A stretch of 40,579 nucleotides of DNA from Octopus bimaculoides (taxonomy: Eukaryota): NCBI RefSeq assembly GCF_001194135.2, contig NC_068999.1:39656113-39696691 (forward strand), read 5' to 3'. The position numbers were made by a program, and so were the translations under genes. Position 1 is the first letter of the stretch; each line of letters opens with the position of its first letter. Of this stretch, positions 12,741-24,545 are shown in pieces. The notes under the pieces were generated by a model, which made no database searches, was not told where the DNA came from, and worked only from the letters and a program-made list of their open reading frames with translations.

Positions 12741-15700
12741 ATACATAAATAGAGTATATATATTTAATAAATTTAACGCTTCTATTAAAGCTTTTAAGAC
12801 TAATATATATTAAAGAGTAAGTAGTGTTTTTATTAACTTTTGAATTATGAAATAGTGTATTTTACTCAATTATTATATTATTCGTTAAGTTAACACTTGA
12901 CCGAAACACCAATGCAGAATCGAATAAACCATTTGAATGCTTTCTACAATTCCAAGAAGTGTTCGAAGCTCTTTGAGGAGTGGAGAATGGTCGTCTGCAA
13001 CCACCCGTATGTCATATATCTCGTAAAGATATACTACAATTGAGTTAACTTTTAAAGCAGAATTATACCCAAAATGTAAGACTTATGCTCTCGGTCAAGG
13101 CTAAACGAGCTTACTGTAAGTTACAGAGCACTCCGTCTGCATAATGTGCTGGGACTAGCGGTAATCGGTATAGTGAAGGACTGTGATTATCTATGAGTAG
13201 TGAACACTTAAGCTATTATAGAAGATTTACCCTTTAATCGTTCTTGCCTTTTTCTTTTACAGCAATATTAATGGTTTTTATGCATTTCTACTTATCTTTG
13301 CTTCCTCAGTTTTATTAATCCAGGTTGTGAGACATAATTTTCTAGGGCTTTGGTACGCAATGCAGAAATTATGTGATTTCTAAATAAGCAGATATGAGAA
13401 TACACACTCATATATTTACATCTATAAAAATAGTTACATTTGACATAATATATAATATATAGAATTTCAACTTTTATATTTGCGATTATTGATTCCGTCT
13501 CGGATTTTCCCTAACTGGTCTGTGATATAGTTTGTAGCCGGCGCTGCTAACGGTATAGAATGCTACGTTGAAAACTCAAAACTTTATATCAATGTCTATA
13601 CTTTTCAGTGTTAGATCAGATGTCATCCTCCACAGCATTCGAGTATGCAATCGTTTTATGATTTTGTATAACGTTCTCAAGCGAAGACGATGCATTCGCT
13701 GGTAATATCAATATTTTAGCAAAACAGAAATAACAAAAAATAGCAAACTCTCGCTAGTACATGCTGGCGTGTAGCTTGCATGTGTGTTAATAATCTGAAT
13801 ATGATATCCTGTAGTATGATATAGTATCAAAAATAGCATCACCGATCAGTGATATATCAATGACATAATAGAAAGTATCACCATTGATAAACATATAGCA
13901 ACGGAAAGAAAACATATGATGAAATCTAGTGTTATATTCTTTCAAAGCCAAGGTTTTTTCAGATAACTACTTGAAAAGGAATTACATTGCATATATCTGT
14001 ATGCTACTAATATCTAGCATTTTCTATCTGTAAGAAATCACATATGTCATTGGTTTTAATTTCTAGCCTCGTCTCACATTATTAACCATAGACATCTCCA
14101 ACCGAACATGATTTGTCAGTATGTACCATGCTGTCACTATTTGATTTAAATCTCTGTGTAGCCACAACATTGAGACACAAACACACGCGTGGCGAGTGGT
14201 CCAGGGATCTGGCTCGATATGTTTACAGTCATGAGCCTAACATCCCAACTATTATGCACATCGGAAACACTATCGGGACACTATCGCGTTATTATTTGCC
14301 ACTCAACTGAAGATTGGCAGAACTGAGCGAGCCTCAGAAATGTACCTTGAAACTTGCCATATCCAGTCCGAATCACGCCAAGGGCAATTATGTTTAAATC
14401 TTCTGTGGTCTATAAAATACAAGCATAACATGAAGTGCATTAGCTAAAGTGTTTAAAAATAAGTCTTTTGTCGCCTAATAAAAAATGATATTCAAACTTT
14501 TGAAATTTCTGTATTGGAACGTGAGCACGCAACAACGTTTTGACAAGAAAACCTTACATGGTCATTCAGCAAAATATCTTTAAGTATTGGTTTACAGCGA
14601 CCACTATAACATTCATGCATATCAACAAGTAAAAATGGATAGGAAAAGTTAAATTTAAAAACAAATGGGCATATCTATCACTCAAAGTCTTTCCAGTCAA
14701 TGTAGAATAAAGTGGATTTTACAGAAGGAAAAATTAAGTTAATTTGACTGCAATATTTCACTTAAGTAACTGATATTATGTCCCTTTTTGTGTATGTATT
14801 TGCAGTTAACAAGTTGGATCTACAATTGTGCTGTATCGGATTAGTTTTCACTGAATTCTCAAGTCACTAAAATTTAGTAGATGTCAGCTCTATGAAATCC
14901 CGTTGGGGGAACTGTTTCTATGGTGATGTGCTAAATAGAGAAAATCCATTGAGTGGCTTACTATTGTTGTTTCTTGTGTATTTTTAGCTGCGTGAACACT
15001 ATGGTAAGTAAATCTTCCATTTGCTAACAATCTCCATTCTTTCCAGCGCTGTCGACTTTCTAAGAAAAAAACATTCAATAGACTCACTCTTCATCCCCTG
15101 ATTAAGTCATTTAATAACCTCATATAGAAATAATCAACGGACGTTCACAGTAGAAAGATTTGGATGAATAACGTCGATGATATAAATCATAAAGACTCTG
15201 TTGCTTGTTAATATATAGAAAAATGAAACAAATTTCATAAGAAATGGCTTTGTCATCTAATTTCTGAAGACAGACAAATATTAAGTCAATATCTTTTTTT
15301 GGCTATTATTTAGCATATAATAAAGACAAGAAAAAGACATTAAAATATCAATTGTTATTATATTTTTATTAACAAATATGTTCAACAACTAATTCAATTT
15401 AAAAAGAAAAAATATTTGCAAAACTGAAATCATAATTACATTAAAGTTGTTAATATCTCGGACAAATATTGTACCGCTACTTGGATAAAGTTTAATATTC
15501 TTTCAGAGTTTATAAAACAATACTTTAACGAAAAGATTTTTGGTTGGAATTATTATATGAGTTTTCTTTTATAGATTTTTGTGCTTGCGATTTCCTTCGC
15601 TTTCTCTTTTTTCCTCTCCTATTGTGTTATCGTTGGTAACGCATCGCTGGCTTTCCACAAAAGATTTAAGCGGCACTTCCCAATCACATTCTTTCTGCTA

Positions 15701-17299
15701 TGAACCTGAGAAATATATCAAATTAAAATTACAAATGATGTTAACATTTTGGGGTTCAAGCTGTTACAATACAAAGGTCAGTCTGGTGGAAATATCATGC
15801 TATAACATTTCCCCTCTTAATGAAATATTTATCAGAAACAAATATCGGAACCCAACGTTTATACAAACAGGTAACGATGTAAAGAAAAATCGTTCGACTG
15901 AAGCGTAATCTTATATGAAGAGAACTAGTTGTGTTTACACTTCTGCTCAGATGGTTCAATAGCATTGCAATATTGATTGAACGTTCAAAATGAAAATTTT
16001 GAAAGAAATATTATTGACTCGCAAAAAGAAAGAGAAAAAAAATGATAAACTGGTACTAGTATTCTTCAAGAGATATGAATATGAGAAAAAAAAACATCAT
16101 ATTTCGGAAATCGTTTCCTTCCAAAGCGTTTATTTGGTATTAAGGTCATCCGTACAGCAGATTTCAGTGTATAAACAACAAAATTTATCAAATTTCAAAT
16201 CAAAAATATCAAAGATGTTATCAAGATGTCATGATTTTGTTTACATATTACTGATGTCCTGTAATAGATATTCTTCTCGTGTTTAATACAGCGATTGGAG
16301 TTTTACTGGGGCGAAAACATATTCGCAGCTATTAAGTAAATGTTTGCCTTTATGTTATGATAAAAGTAATTTTTCATTAAATCGAAGGATTACTCTATAT
16401 ATTTGGTAGAGTACAAATTTATGATTCTTTAAGAAGAACAGTATTGACAGTAAGTTCAAAGTTTTGACCAGCGAATCCATCATCGGGTTGAGACGCTTTC
16501 GACTTTCTGCACTAAGTTTAGTTCTGTTTCAATCAAAAATATGTTATTTGGTAGGTTTTCATACCATGGTGTTATGGAGGATTTTTATTGATTAAATTTG
16601 GTTATTCCACAAGGATATTATATGCGTTTGTGTGTGTGGTGTGTGTATGTGTATGTGTGTTATGTACGTGTATGTATTATGTATGTTTATATTATATGTA
16701 TGCATGTGTGCATGCATGACTGTTAATTGGACACTGTATGGTGTTGCGACTTTTCGGCGGCACACATGCTGCAGGTGGTGATTGAGGAACGAGTGTTTCT
16801 ACAGTTACATTTCTTGCATGTTATTTTCAATCACTTGATTTCTCATGTAGAATATACACTTTCAATTTCTTTCGTAAAGTATTAAAAGCTACCAGACTTC
16901 CCATGTTGCGCCCTTGCTATATCAGACACAAAAATAACACCTTGTTTCTGACATATGGAGGAAAAAGGGGAAGATCGGTTTAAGGAAGTCGCCAATAGTT
17001 TGGTAATTTTTATTAGTGTCAGTAGTTTCCGTTGCTGAAGTATGTTTCATTAGCATTTTTCAAAAGTGTGTTAAGTCCACATACGACAGTTTTGGAGACA
17101 TATTTCTGACTGAAAATATCATATATGCATGGAGTTACAATTTTATGCACACAATAAAGTATTATTATTGTTAAGCTGAAACTGTTCCGTATGCGAAAAG
17201 AAATGCAATGGTGAAATTATTTTTTCGTTTTCTGTAAAAACCACGTTTTGGACTTCCGACACTTTTGCATGATAGCAACGATATATTCTTTTATTCTTT

Positions 17300-17434
17300 T
17301 CTTTCTTCAGTCATTTGACTCCGGCTATGCTGGAACTCCGCATTTAGTCGAAGAAATCGACCAAAGGACTTATTCTTTGAAAGCCTAGTACTTATTTTAT
17401 CAGTCAATTTGATGAACCGCTATGTTACAGGGAC
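17300..17434 (-). mobile_element. 3' half of a tRNA-derived SINE (second family), running into the gap
   Basis: The reverse complement contains GATAAAATAAGTACTAGG...GGTCGATTT...CGACT, sharing the GATAAAATAAGTAC core with the 21030 SINE. It ends CCAGCATAGCCGGAGTCAAATGACTGAAGAAAGAAAAGAAT. Confidence 0.55.
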
Positions 17435-17910
17435 NNNNNNNNNNNNNNNNNNNNNNNNNNNNNNNNNNNNNNNNNNNNNNNNNNNNNNNNNNNNNNNNNN
17501 NNNNNNNNNNNNNNNNNNNNNNNNNNNNNNNNNNNNNNNNNNNNNNNNNNNNNNNNNNNNNNNNNNNNNNNNNNNNNNNNNNNNNNNNNNNNNNNNNNNN
17601 NNNNNNNNNNNNNNNNNNNNNNNNNNNNNNNNNNNNNNNNNNNNNNNNNNNNNNNNNNNNNNNNNNNNNNNNNNNNNNNNNNNNNNNNNNNNNNNNNNNN
17701 NNNNNNNNNNNNNNNNNNNNNNNNNNNNNNNNNNNNNNNNNNNNNNNNNNNNNNNNNNNNNNNNNNNNNNNNNNNNNNNNNNNNNNNNNNNNNNNNNNNN
17801 NNNNNNNNNNNNNNNNNNNNNNNNNNNNNNNNNNNNNNNNNNNNNNNNNNNNNNNNNNNNNNNNNNNNNNNNNNNNNNNNNNNNNNNNNNNNNNNNNNNN
17901 NNNNNNNNNN
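17435..17910. other. Assembly gap
   Basis: Run of N. Confidence 0.99.
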
Positions 17911-17934
17911 ATATATATATATATAGTAATAATA

Positions 17935-18085
17935 ATAATAACATCGAAAAATACCTTACAAATGAGAACCCAGGTTCGAAATTTCCCCGAGACACCTGAT
18001 GAAGGCTGGAGACTAGATGAGCCGAAACGTTGTGTTAACATCAAACAAGATGAAGTCAAATATCCGTCAAATGTAAATAATGTAA
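17935..18085 (+). mobile_element. Probable Penelope-like terminal repeat (pLTR) or non-autonomous element carrying the hammerhead
   Basis: Non-repetitive segment after (TA)n/(TAA)n that surrounds a PLE-type minimal hammerhead. Boundaries are approximate. Confidence 0.45.
17991..18036 (+). ncRNA. Minimal type I hammerhead ribozyme (Penelope-like-element type)
   Basis: GACAC-CUGAUGA-A-GGCU(12-nt loop)AGCC-GAAAC-GUU-GUGUU. Stem I is GACAC/GUGUU, stem II is GGCU/AGCC, both core boxes are intact, stem III is the palindrome ACGU (18027-18030), and the cleavage triplet is GUU (18029-18031). Confidence 0.75.
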
Positions 18086-20120
18086 TTAATGTAGACTGGC
18101 CCTTAATATTACATTCACCTTAGTAATTCCTTTATTAACTATTGGGTGATTTTTAATATAGCTTCGTCATTATGAGACAATACTTAATATATTTCATTGT
18201 TCCACTATCGATCTCACATATTTCTGTTTACATTGCTCACAATACTTATCATACACTGATTGTAGATGGATTCTGTAGTTGTATTTCTTATTGATGTTAC
18301 TGTTGTATTTAATCAGGCCCGGCCTATTTGAATGGATACAGAATCACTAATGTAGCATTTCGTTCGTGAAGAAGAAAACTTCTTTATTATATATTAATAA
18401 TATTTCGTAAAGCTTTCATAAATTTACGCATTTTTGAGAATGTGCTTAAGAAATAGTTGTCAAGTTCCCAACCTTGCAAACCAATTATGGAGACCCCACT
18501 AGAATTTAAGATAATTCCAACATCTGCAGTAATTTAACTTGTATCAGAAAGAAATGTAACTAAATAATAACATGAAGTCTCTATCTTTCTCTATCGTTTC
18601 TGTCGAAAATATTCACTGACCAGGCGTTATGTATGAACTCAGCGAATTGTGAATAATTTACTTCTTTATTAGATCCCTAAAATAAATTATTCTCGACAGT
18701 AATCTTATATTTCTTCAATGATAGAATCATATTATCAACTTAGGTTTGATTTTCTGTTTCTCTTCAGTTATTACGCCAGGATATTACTGTCTAACCTTAC
18801 AACTATTGCTTTCTATTATAAAATGTTGCATTAGAGAATCTAGTATATGTATCATAATTACAAACGTGTGAGTATTGTGTGTGTATATATATAGTCTAAT
18901 ACCTTACTACATTCGGTTTGTTGAGTAGATTGAACGTGCGCAATGTTCTAATCTCGAAAGAGACATGTTTATTATTCAGAATTACAGGGTCGAGGAAGAT
19001 GGATCTGTTGATTGTTGGTGCAGCATTTCAGTAGTCGTATCAAGCATGTTGTATTTTGTTTAAAACGGAGGAGCTGATAAGGCATTCATGTGTGCCTTAT
19101 TCTGTATGAACACCTGAAACAATAAATGAATATTACACGTTACTAAGAAATCCGAATTCCTAACGGTGGTTGTTGTAACGTATTACAAAAACAATAAATA
19201 TAATTAATAAGTTGGTCGTAATTACTCCAATCGAAAACTGACTGACTATTTACTAATGTTCATTTTTCAGCCAGTACTTATTTAAGTCATTTAATGTAAA
19301 CAAGCTCCATGAAATACAAACTGGAATATATTTATGCGAATATCAATAGCTGCTGCTTTCTTCTAGTTTAACATTTCCTAATAATATATCTTTAATGTAC
19401 TTGTGTATTTCTCAACGAAATGTCTTATTTTTGGTATTTGAAAAATGTTCAAACGTTTCAGATGCCATTTTTACCTCTTTAATTTTCTATATTGTTCATG
19501 TAGTTTTGTTACTATGCACTCCTGTCTCGTCTCTGACATTTGAAGTCGTCTTGAATTTTATCAGACGCTGCTACAAAGCACCGTTATTCACCGACAGACA
19601 ATCAAACGGTTACAATACGTCGAAGGATAAACTAATTAAGCTTTGAGTACAGCAAGTTGTTCTTACAGATTTCAACTGACGATTTTAATTTTGTCTCTTT
19701 AATAGCAATGTTCAAGAGAATAATAACTCAAGTGTTTACGAAAGGAAACTGGAAACAATATAATATACAGGTGGACAGAAAGGATAATGACAGGGAAAAT
19801 ACAACTAAATTAATATAATTGACGTGCCAATGTATTATAACATTTCACAAGATTTCTGTTAAAATATTATTCCTATTTTCAATTAGTATTAAAACCGCCA
19901 GAGAAACTGAAAATAGAACACTCTATAAACTTAACATCTCTCAGAATTTATGCAAATCATTAATCCACATCATATTACTGGTAGTTGCTGCTGATATTTG
20001 TGTGTCCCTAGGCCAGCTCACATCGAGTAGAACGAACCAAAGGCATTCAATGTCTCTCCAGCATTAATCATGTCTATTTTTGTTCTCAGAACCACATTTT
20101 TGTAAGACGGTAGAATGTAA

Positions 20121-20800
20121 ATTAAGGCAGGGTTTAACTTCTGTTTCTAGCAAATGCAAATCGCAGATAGATGCTCTGTCATTGGCTCTAATGATTCCTG
20201 GTTACAGTTAATGATGCTCCTTAGCATCAGACCGTCCCTGGTTTACTAACTTTATCGTCAAAATAATTCAACTTCCTTCATCATCACAACTGTTTGTATG
20301 TCAATGCGAAGCTTCTTCAATATATTTTCCCTTATTTTTTTGGGGTTCTTTTTAATGGTCTATTATTGTATGGAAAAATATTTGCCTTTAGTTTGTAGCA
20401 GATCAAGCAACGGTATGTAGGTTACTTTACTGAGTTCTTATTGCTGTTATTGCTGTGGCTTCTCTGACATTTGTCCTGATAAAGCAGCTAAGTTCAATAG
20501 CGTCCCACAAGTTACCATTTTGTATTTATTTTTCTTAGACAATAAATGTTTCTAGCACTAAAGTAGACAATATTCCCTCCGTTTATTGGATACATCGTAT
20601 TTGATTGCTCATTAGATGCACGCCAATTCCAGCAGAGCTTATTCAGGGACAATAGTTTTTAGTACATTAAAATATGTAATATCAATCGAAATTCTCAAAT
20701 AAGATCAATGTTTTGAACCTTATTCAAGACAAAATGGTATGACTGAAACTTTGTTACTGTTTCTAGCAGGTAGCATAACCTTGTAGAGGCTGTTTGTTTG
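20121..20800 (-). mobile_element. Decayed Penelope-like element (Poseidon-like): RT C-terminus, linker and GIY-YIG endonuclease
   Basis: Manual translation with stops and frameshifts: LETVTKVSVIPFCLE; FNVLKTIV; KLCWNW; IFPYNNRPLK (~20379); YIEEASH*HTNSCD (~20324, cf. YIGET.R.LHTR..EH); KLVNQGRSDAKEH; DRASICDLHLLE; EVKPCLN (~20135-20121, cf. DL.ILE...KP.LN). Confidence 0.55.
20381..20652 (+). repeat. 272-bp segment duplicated at 21852-22202 (source copy)
   Basis: TTTGCCTTTAGTTTGTAGCAG...ATTCAGGGACAA; I found no differences from the second copy. Confidence 0.95.
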
Positions 20801-21029
20801 CCAGAAACTTCCCAATCTCCAGCTTTTATGACATTGCGTAGGAGAGCATAAACCAAAGTGAGCCTTTGTTAAGAGGTGATTTTAAAAGAGGTTTGTCATT
20901 TATTTATAGCAGCATATTCGACCGTTATACAATCTGCAATCTCACCGTGTATATTCTAACTGTTTTGTAGTTTGAAGAAAGAAATGGTGTTCTAAGCATA
21001 AACTCCTTGCAATATTCTCTTACCAATAT

Positions 21030-21246
21030 GGCGGCGGGCTAGCAGAATCGTTACCACCCCGGGCGAAGTGCTTACCGGTTTTCCTTCTTTCTTTACGTCC
21101 TGGCTTCGCATTCCACCGAGTCCAACTTTGCCTTTCGTCCTTTCAGGTCGATAAAATAAGTACCAGTTGAATCCTGGGGTAGATCTAATCGACTTAACCA
21201 CGACTCCAAAATTGCTGGCATCGTGCTAAAACTAGAAACCAATATT
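21030..21246 (+). mobile_element. tRNA-derived SINE, near full length
   Basis: GGCGGCGGGCTAGCAGAATCGTTA head and ACTTTGCCTTTCGTCCTTTCAGGTCGATAAAATAAGTACCAG core, homologous to 32159 and 39193. Candidate 8-bp TSD ACCAATAT at 21022-21029 and 21238-21245. Confidence 0.85.
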
Positions 21247-21414
21247 CCCCTATCTCACTTTTGTTTTCGATTTCAATTGAACGGAGATGTTTTTGATGTG
21301 ATTACCGCCATACTCTCCATAAAATAACAAAAGGGGATTCCTGTCATTAGATATTAGCCCTTAATTTAATAATTTAAACTTTGTACTGTAGGCATCACAG
21401 TGCTCCGCTATAAC

Positions 21415-21530
21415 AATTTTATCGACGCTGAAATGATGTAAGGCATGATCGGCCTCGGAAGAAATTTAACTCAAAGCATAAAGCCTGAAGAAATGTCACT
21501 TATCGGTTTGGCTTGCTAAGTATTCTGTCA
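21415..21530 (-). mobile_element. Degraded SINE of the same family, inverted relative to the 21030 copy
   Basis: ATTTTATCGACGCTGAAATGATGTAAGGCATGATCGGCCTCGGAAGAAATTTAACTCAAAGC aligns with the plus-strand reading at 39065-39125. Confidence 0.55.
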
Positions 21531-21629
21531 CTATCCCGCATTATGCCAGAAATCACCATGTCATCGATGTGAGAAACCTTTCAAGTTACCTTGGTAGTTT
21601 CTTGGTGAGAAGAATCTATATAAATATTA

Positions 21630-21632
<3 letters not shown>

Positions 21633-21702
<70 letters not shown>
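21633..21702. repeat. (TG)n microsatellite
   Basis: Read directly. Confidence 0.95.
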
Positions 21703-21703
<1 letters not shown>

Positions 21704-21851
21704 AGTTGAAATTTATAGAAGACAAAAGACGAAGATAGATGTATGAACAACAAACAAGTGTATCAGTTTGACGGTCGGGAAAATGAAAATAAGTATTTTA
21801 TGTTTCGAGCATACAGTCTTCAAAAGAAACAAATGAGAAAAAATATAGAGC

Positions 21852-22202
21852 TTTGCCTTTAGTTTGTAGCAGATCAAGCAACGGTATGTAGGTTACTTTA
21901 CTGAGTTCTTATTGCTGTTATTGCTGTGGCTTCTCTGACATTTGTCCTGATAAAGCAGCTAAGTTCAATAGCGTCCCACAAGTTACCATTTTGTATTTAT
22001 TTTTCTTAGACAATAAATGTTNNNNNNNNNNAAGCAGCTAAGTTCAATAGCGTCCCACAAGTTACCATTTTGTATTTATTTTTCTTAGACAATAAATGTT
22101 TCTAGCACTAAAGTAGACAATATTCCCTCCGTTTATTGGATACATCGTATTTGATTGCTCATTAGATGCACGCCAATTCCAGCAGAGCTTATTCAGGGAC
22201 AA
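21852..22202 (+). repeat. Second copy of the 272-bp segment, split by a 10-N gap with a 69-bp redundant overlap
   Basis: 21852-22021 = 20381-20550; N at 22022-22031; 22032-22202 = 20482-20652. Confidence 0.95.
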
Positions 22203-22239
22203 CTCAGAGTTCAGCAGTCCAGCATGGAATATATGTATA

Positions 22240-22273
<34 letters not shown>

Positions 22274-22589
22274 CATGCCAGAGATCCTAACAGTTTCAGT
22301 CCAACATATGTCACTGAAGTTTTCAATCGGTTGATGATGGCAAGTGGTATTCGTCTTTTGTTGTTTGTTATATTCCCTTCTTTCCGAGTTCAATTTCAGC
22401 TCAGTTATGTGATCAATCTTTTAGTAGCCATGAAATATCATTCAGCGATTCATTTCATTATGCAACTCCTGTTAACTTAAATATTATCTAACAATGTGAG
22501 TGATCAATATATCCTGACTAAGTTGCAGGCACGGAGGATCGTTAAACACATTAATAGTAATAATATATCGATCATACGCATGGGTACTT

Positions 22590-22680
22590 GCGCAAATAGT
22601 CGATTATATTCCACTCGGTATTTGGTTTTTGCTCGTTTATCGACCAACAAATCATAAAAGAAATAAAATGAAGTAATAAA
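22590..22680 (-). mobile_element. Highly degraded SINE core fragment
   Basis: AGTCGATTATATTCCACTCGGTATTTGG...TTTATCGACC resembles the reversed SINE core. Confidence 0.35.
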
Positions 22681-24339
22681 GCGCCCTACCTGAAAGGCAA
22701 GGAACATGCAAGTTTGTCTTCTGGCTGCTTAAAGATTTTCCAAGAAAAAAAAATTATATCTTCGACACAAGAGCTCAAATTTACGGGAGAGAAGCAGTTG
22801 AGGATATCGTTTGCATCCTTTCAGAAATATGTTAGCCGTTTCTGTATTTCATTGATTACGGACCGAGGAAAAAGCAAAGCTAACCTCAGAATGTGAAGAG
22901 GCCGAATAAATATCGCGAGTGATTTTGTCTGCTATGATAATGATTCTCCGAATCTACCGCCTTATTAGAAGAAGGAAAATGATAGTCTAAATAGCAAGTT
23001 TTGTAATGGAAATTGCAGCCCTCACTTGGTGGAAGCAGCCAAAGTAATTCACTTTCTCATTTGCTCTCTATTTACGTATCCTTTATTATTAATACGTTTG
23101 TATCTCCCATAATCGATAAGTCGTCATCAGTATATATGTCTAGGTATTCTTTCTATAGTATTTTACGAGGAAAGAAGAAACCCGAAACCCTCTGTGAGGT
23201 TTCTTAACATGCACGACATAAGATACAGATTTCACTTGACTCCTACATAACAAACCGTCTCAAAACTGGAAGGATGATACAATTATGAGTATATAAAATT
23301 CAGGGTTCATAATGTTACTTGTGTTTATCGTAATTTCCTCCTACATCTGCTCTATATACCCTCTCTAATATGAATTCTAAGAACAATGTTAGATTAACAA
23401 CTATCCTAGAGCCTGACTGCATAATGATAATCTACATGGAGCTCTATCTCTTATATAATTGACCGTGTATGAGTATGTTTTGGAGTAAAAGTGCAATGTA
23501 TATTCGGATGAATTCAACAAGGCCCTGCTTTACATCTGATGAAACTTAATACAAATAGCAAGTAGCCTTTGAAATTTAAAACTCAAAGAAAAAGAGAGGG
23601 GTTAAAATACAGAAAACTACACGTATAACAAAAATAACATACCAATAAATCTAATCATTACGAAACTATGTTCAGTTAGCTGTATTTATTTGACATGGAT
23701 ATGCGTCCCATAGTATTTCATCTCTCGTATCAAGTGTTTCGGCTCATCAGTTAAACATCCGATTTAGTTCAAACATATTTACCTATTTCTTCCAAGATAT
23801 CCTCATAGTCTTCCATTACGTTCTCTATTTTTTTATTATTATTATTAACAAAAAATAACAAACTATTATATCTCTACAGACCAATGAACATATGATGGAC
23901 ACATTAAAGCAGATGCATATATAAATAATAGAGATACGCAGAAAATATTGATCTTTATGAAAATAGACTGTTTAGTTATAGGAGGAAACTGTTTATGTAA
24001 GATTCCATGTAAACTGAGAGTGAATATAACATTTAACTATGCTTAGTTTACAAACATCACCGCATTTACTCACACATATACGTACACACAAAGGCACACT
24101 CACCCACGCACACATACATATGTGTGCGTGTATGTGTGTGTGTATGTACGTGCGTGCGTGTACGTATGTTCATTCAAAGTCTGCTTTAATAGAGTCTACT
24201 TTATCGATTTTCCTGTGTAGGTTGCTGCATGTAATTTATGTATATTCAATTTTTCATATTTTCATACTTAAATAACATGTATTCAAACATATTTACATAG
24301 TCATGCTTTTCACTCTCTGCCCCCTCTTTCTCTCAGTAT

Positions 24340-24415
<76 letters not shown>

Positions 24416-24545
24416 ATATATATACATATATATAAATGTATATATATACATGCAGATATATGCACACATACATATTCATATATGTACTTATGCATATATC
24501 AATATATACATATCTATATGTCAATCTACCCATCTATACATACAT
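24340..24545. repeat. (TA)n and degenerate (TACA)n microsatellite
   Basis: Read directly. Confidence 0.95.

Noticed and set aside
16954-17002. MEEKGEDRFKEVANSL, reminiscent of a DnaJ helix
   Set aside because: No HPD motif or connectable exon; too short to call.
21966-22100. Apparent 69-bp tandem repeat across a 10-N gap
   Set aside because: Overlapping contig ends left unmerged by the scaffolder.
21722-22369. 12-bp and 9-bp inverted matches flanking the duplication
   Set aside because: The order of the two matches is inconsistent with a single inverted repeat or TIR pair.
23736-23750. Minus-strand CTGATGAGCCGAAAC, both hammerhead boxes
   Set aside because: No stem II, and no stem I or III pairing; cannot fold as a hammerhead.
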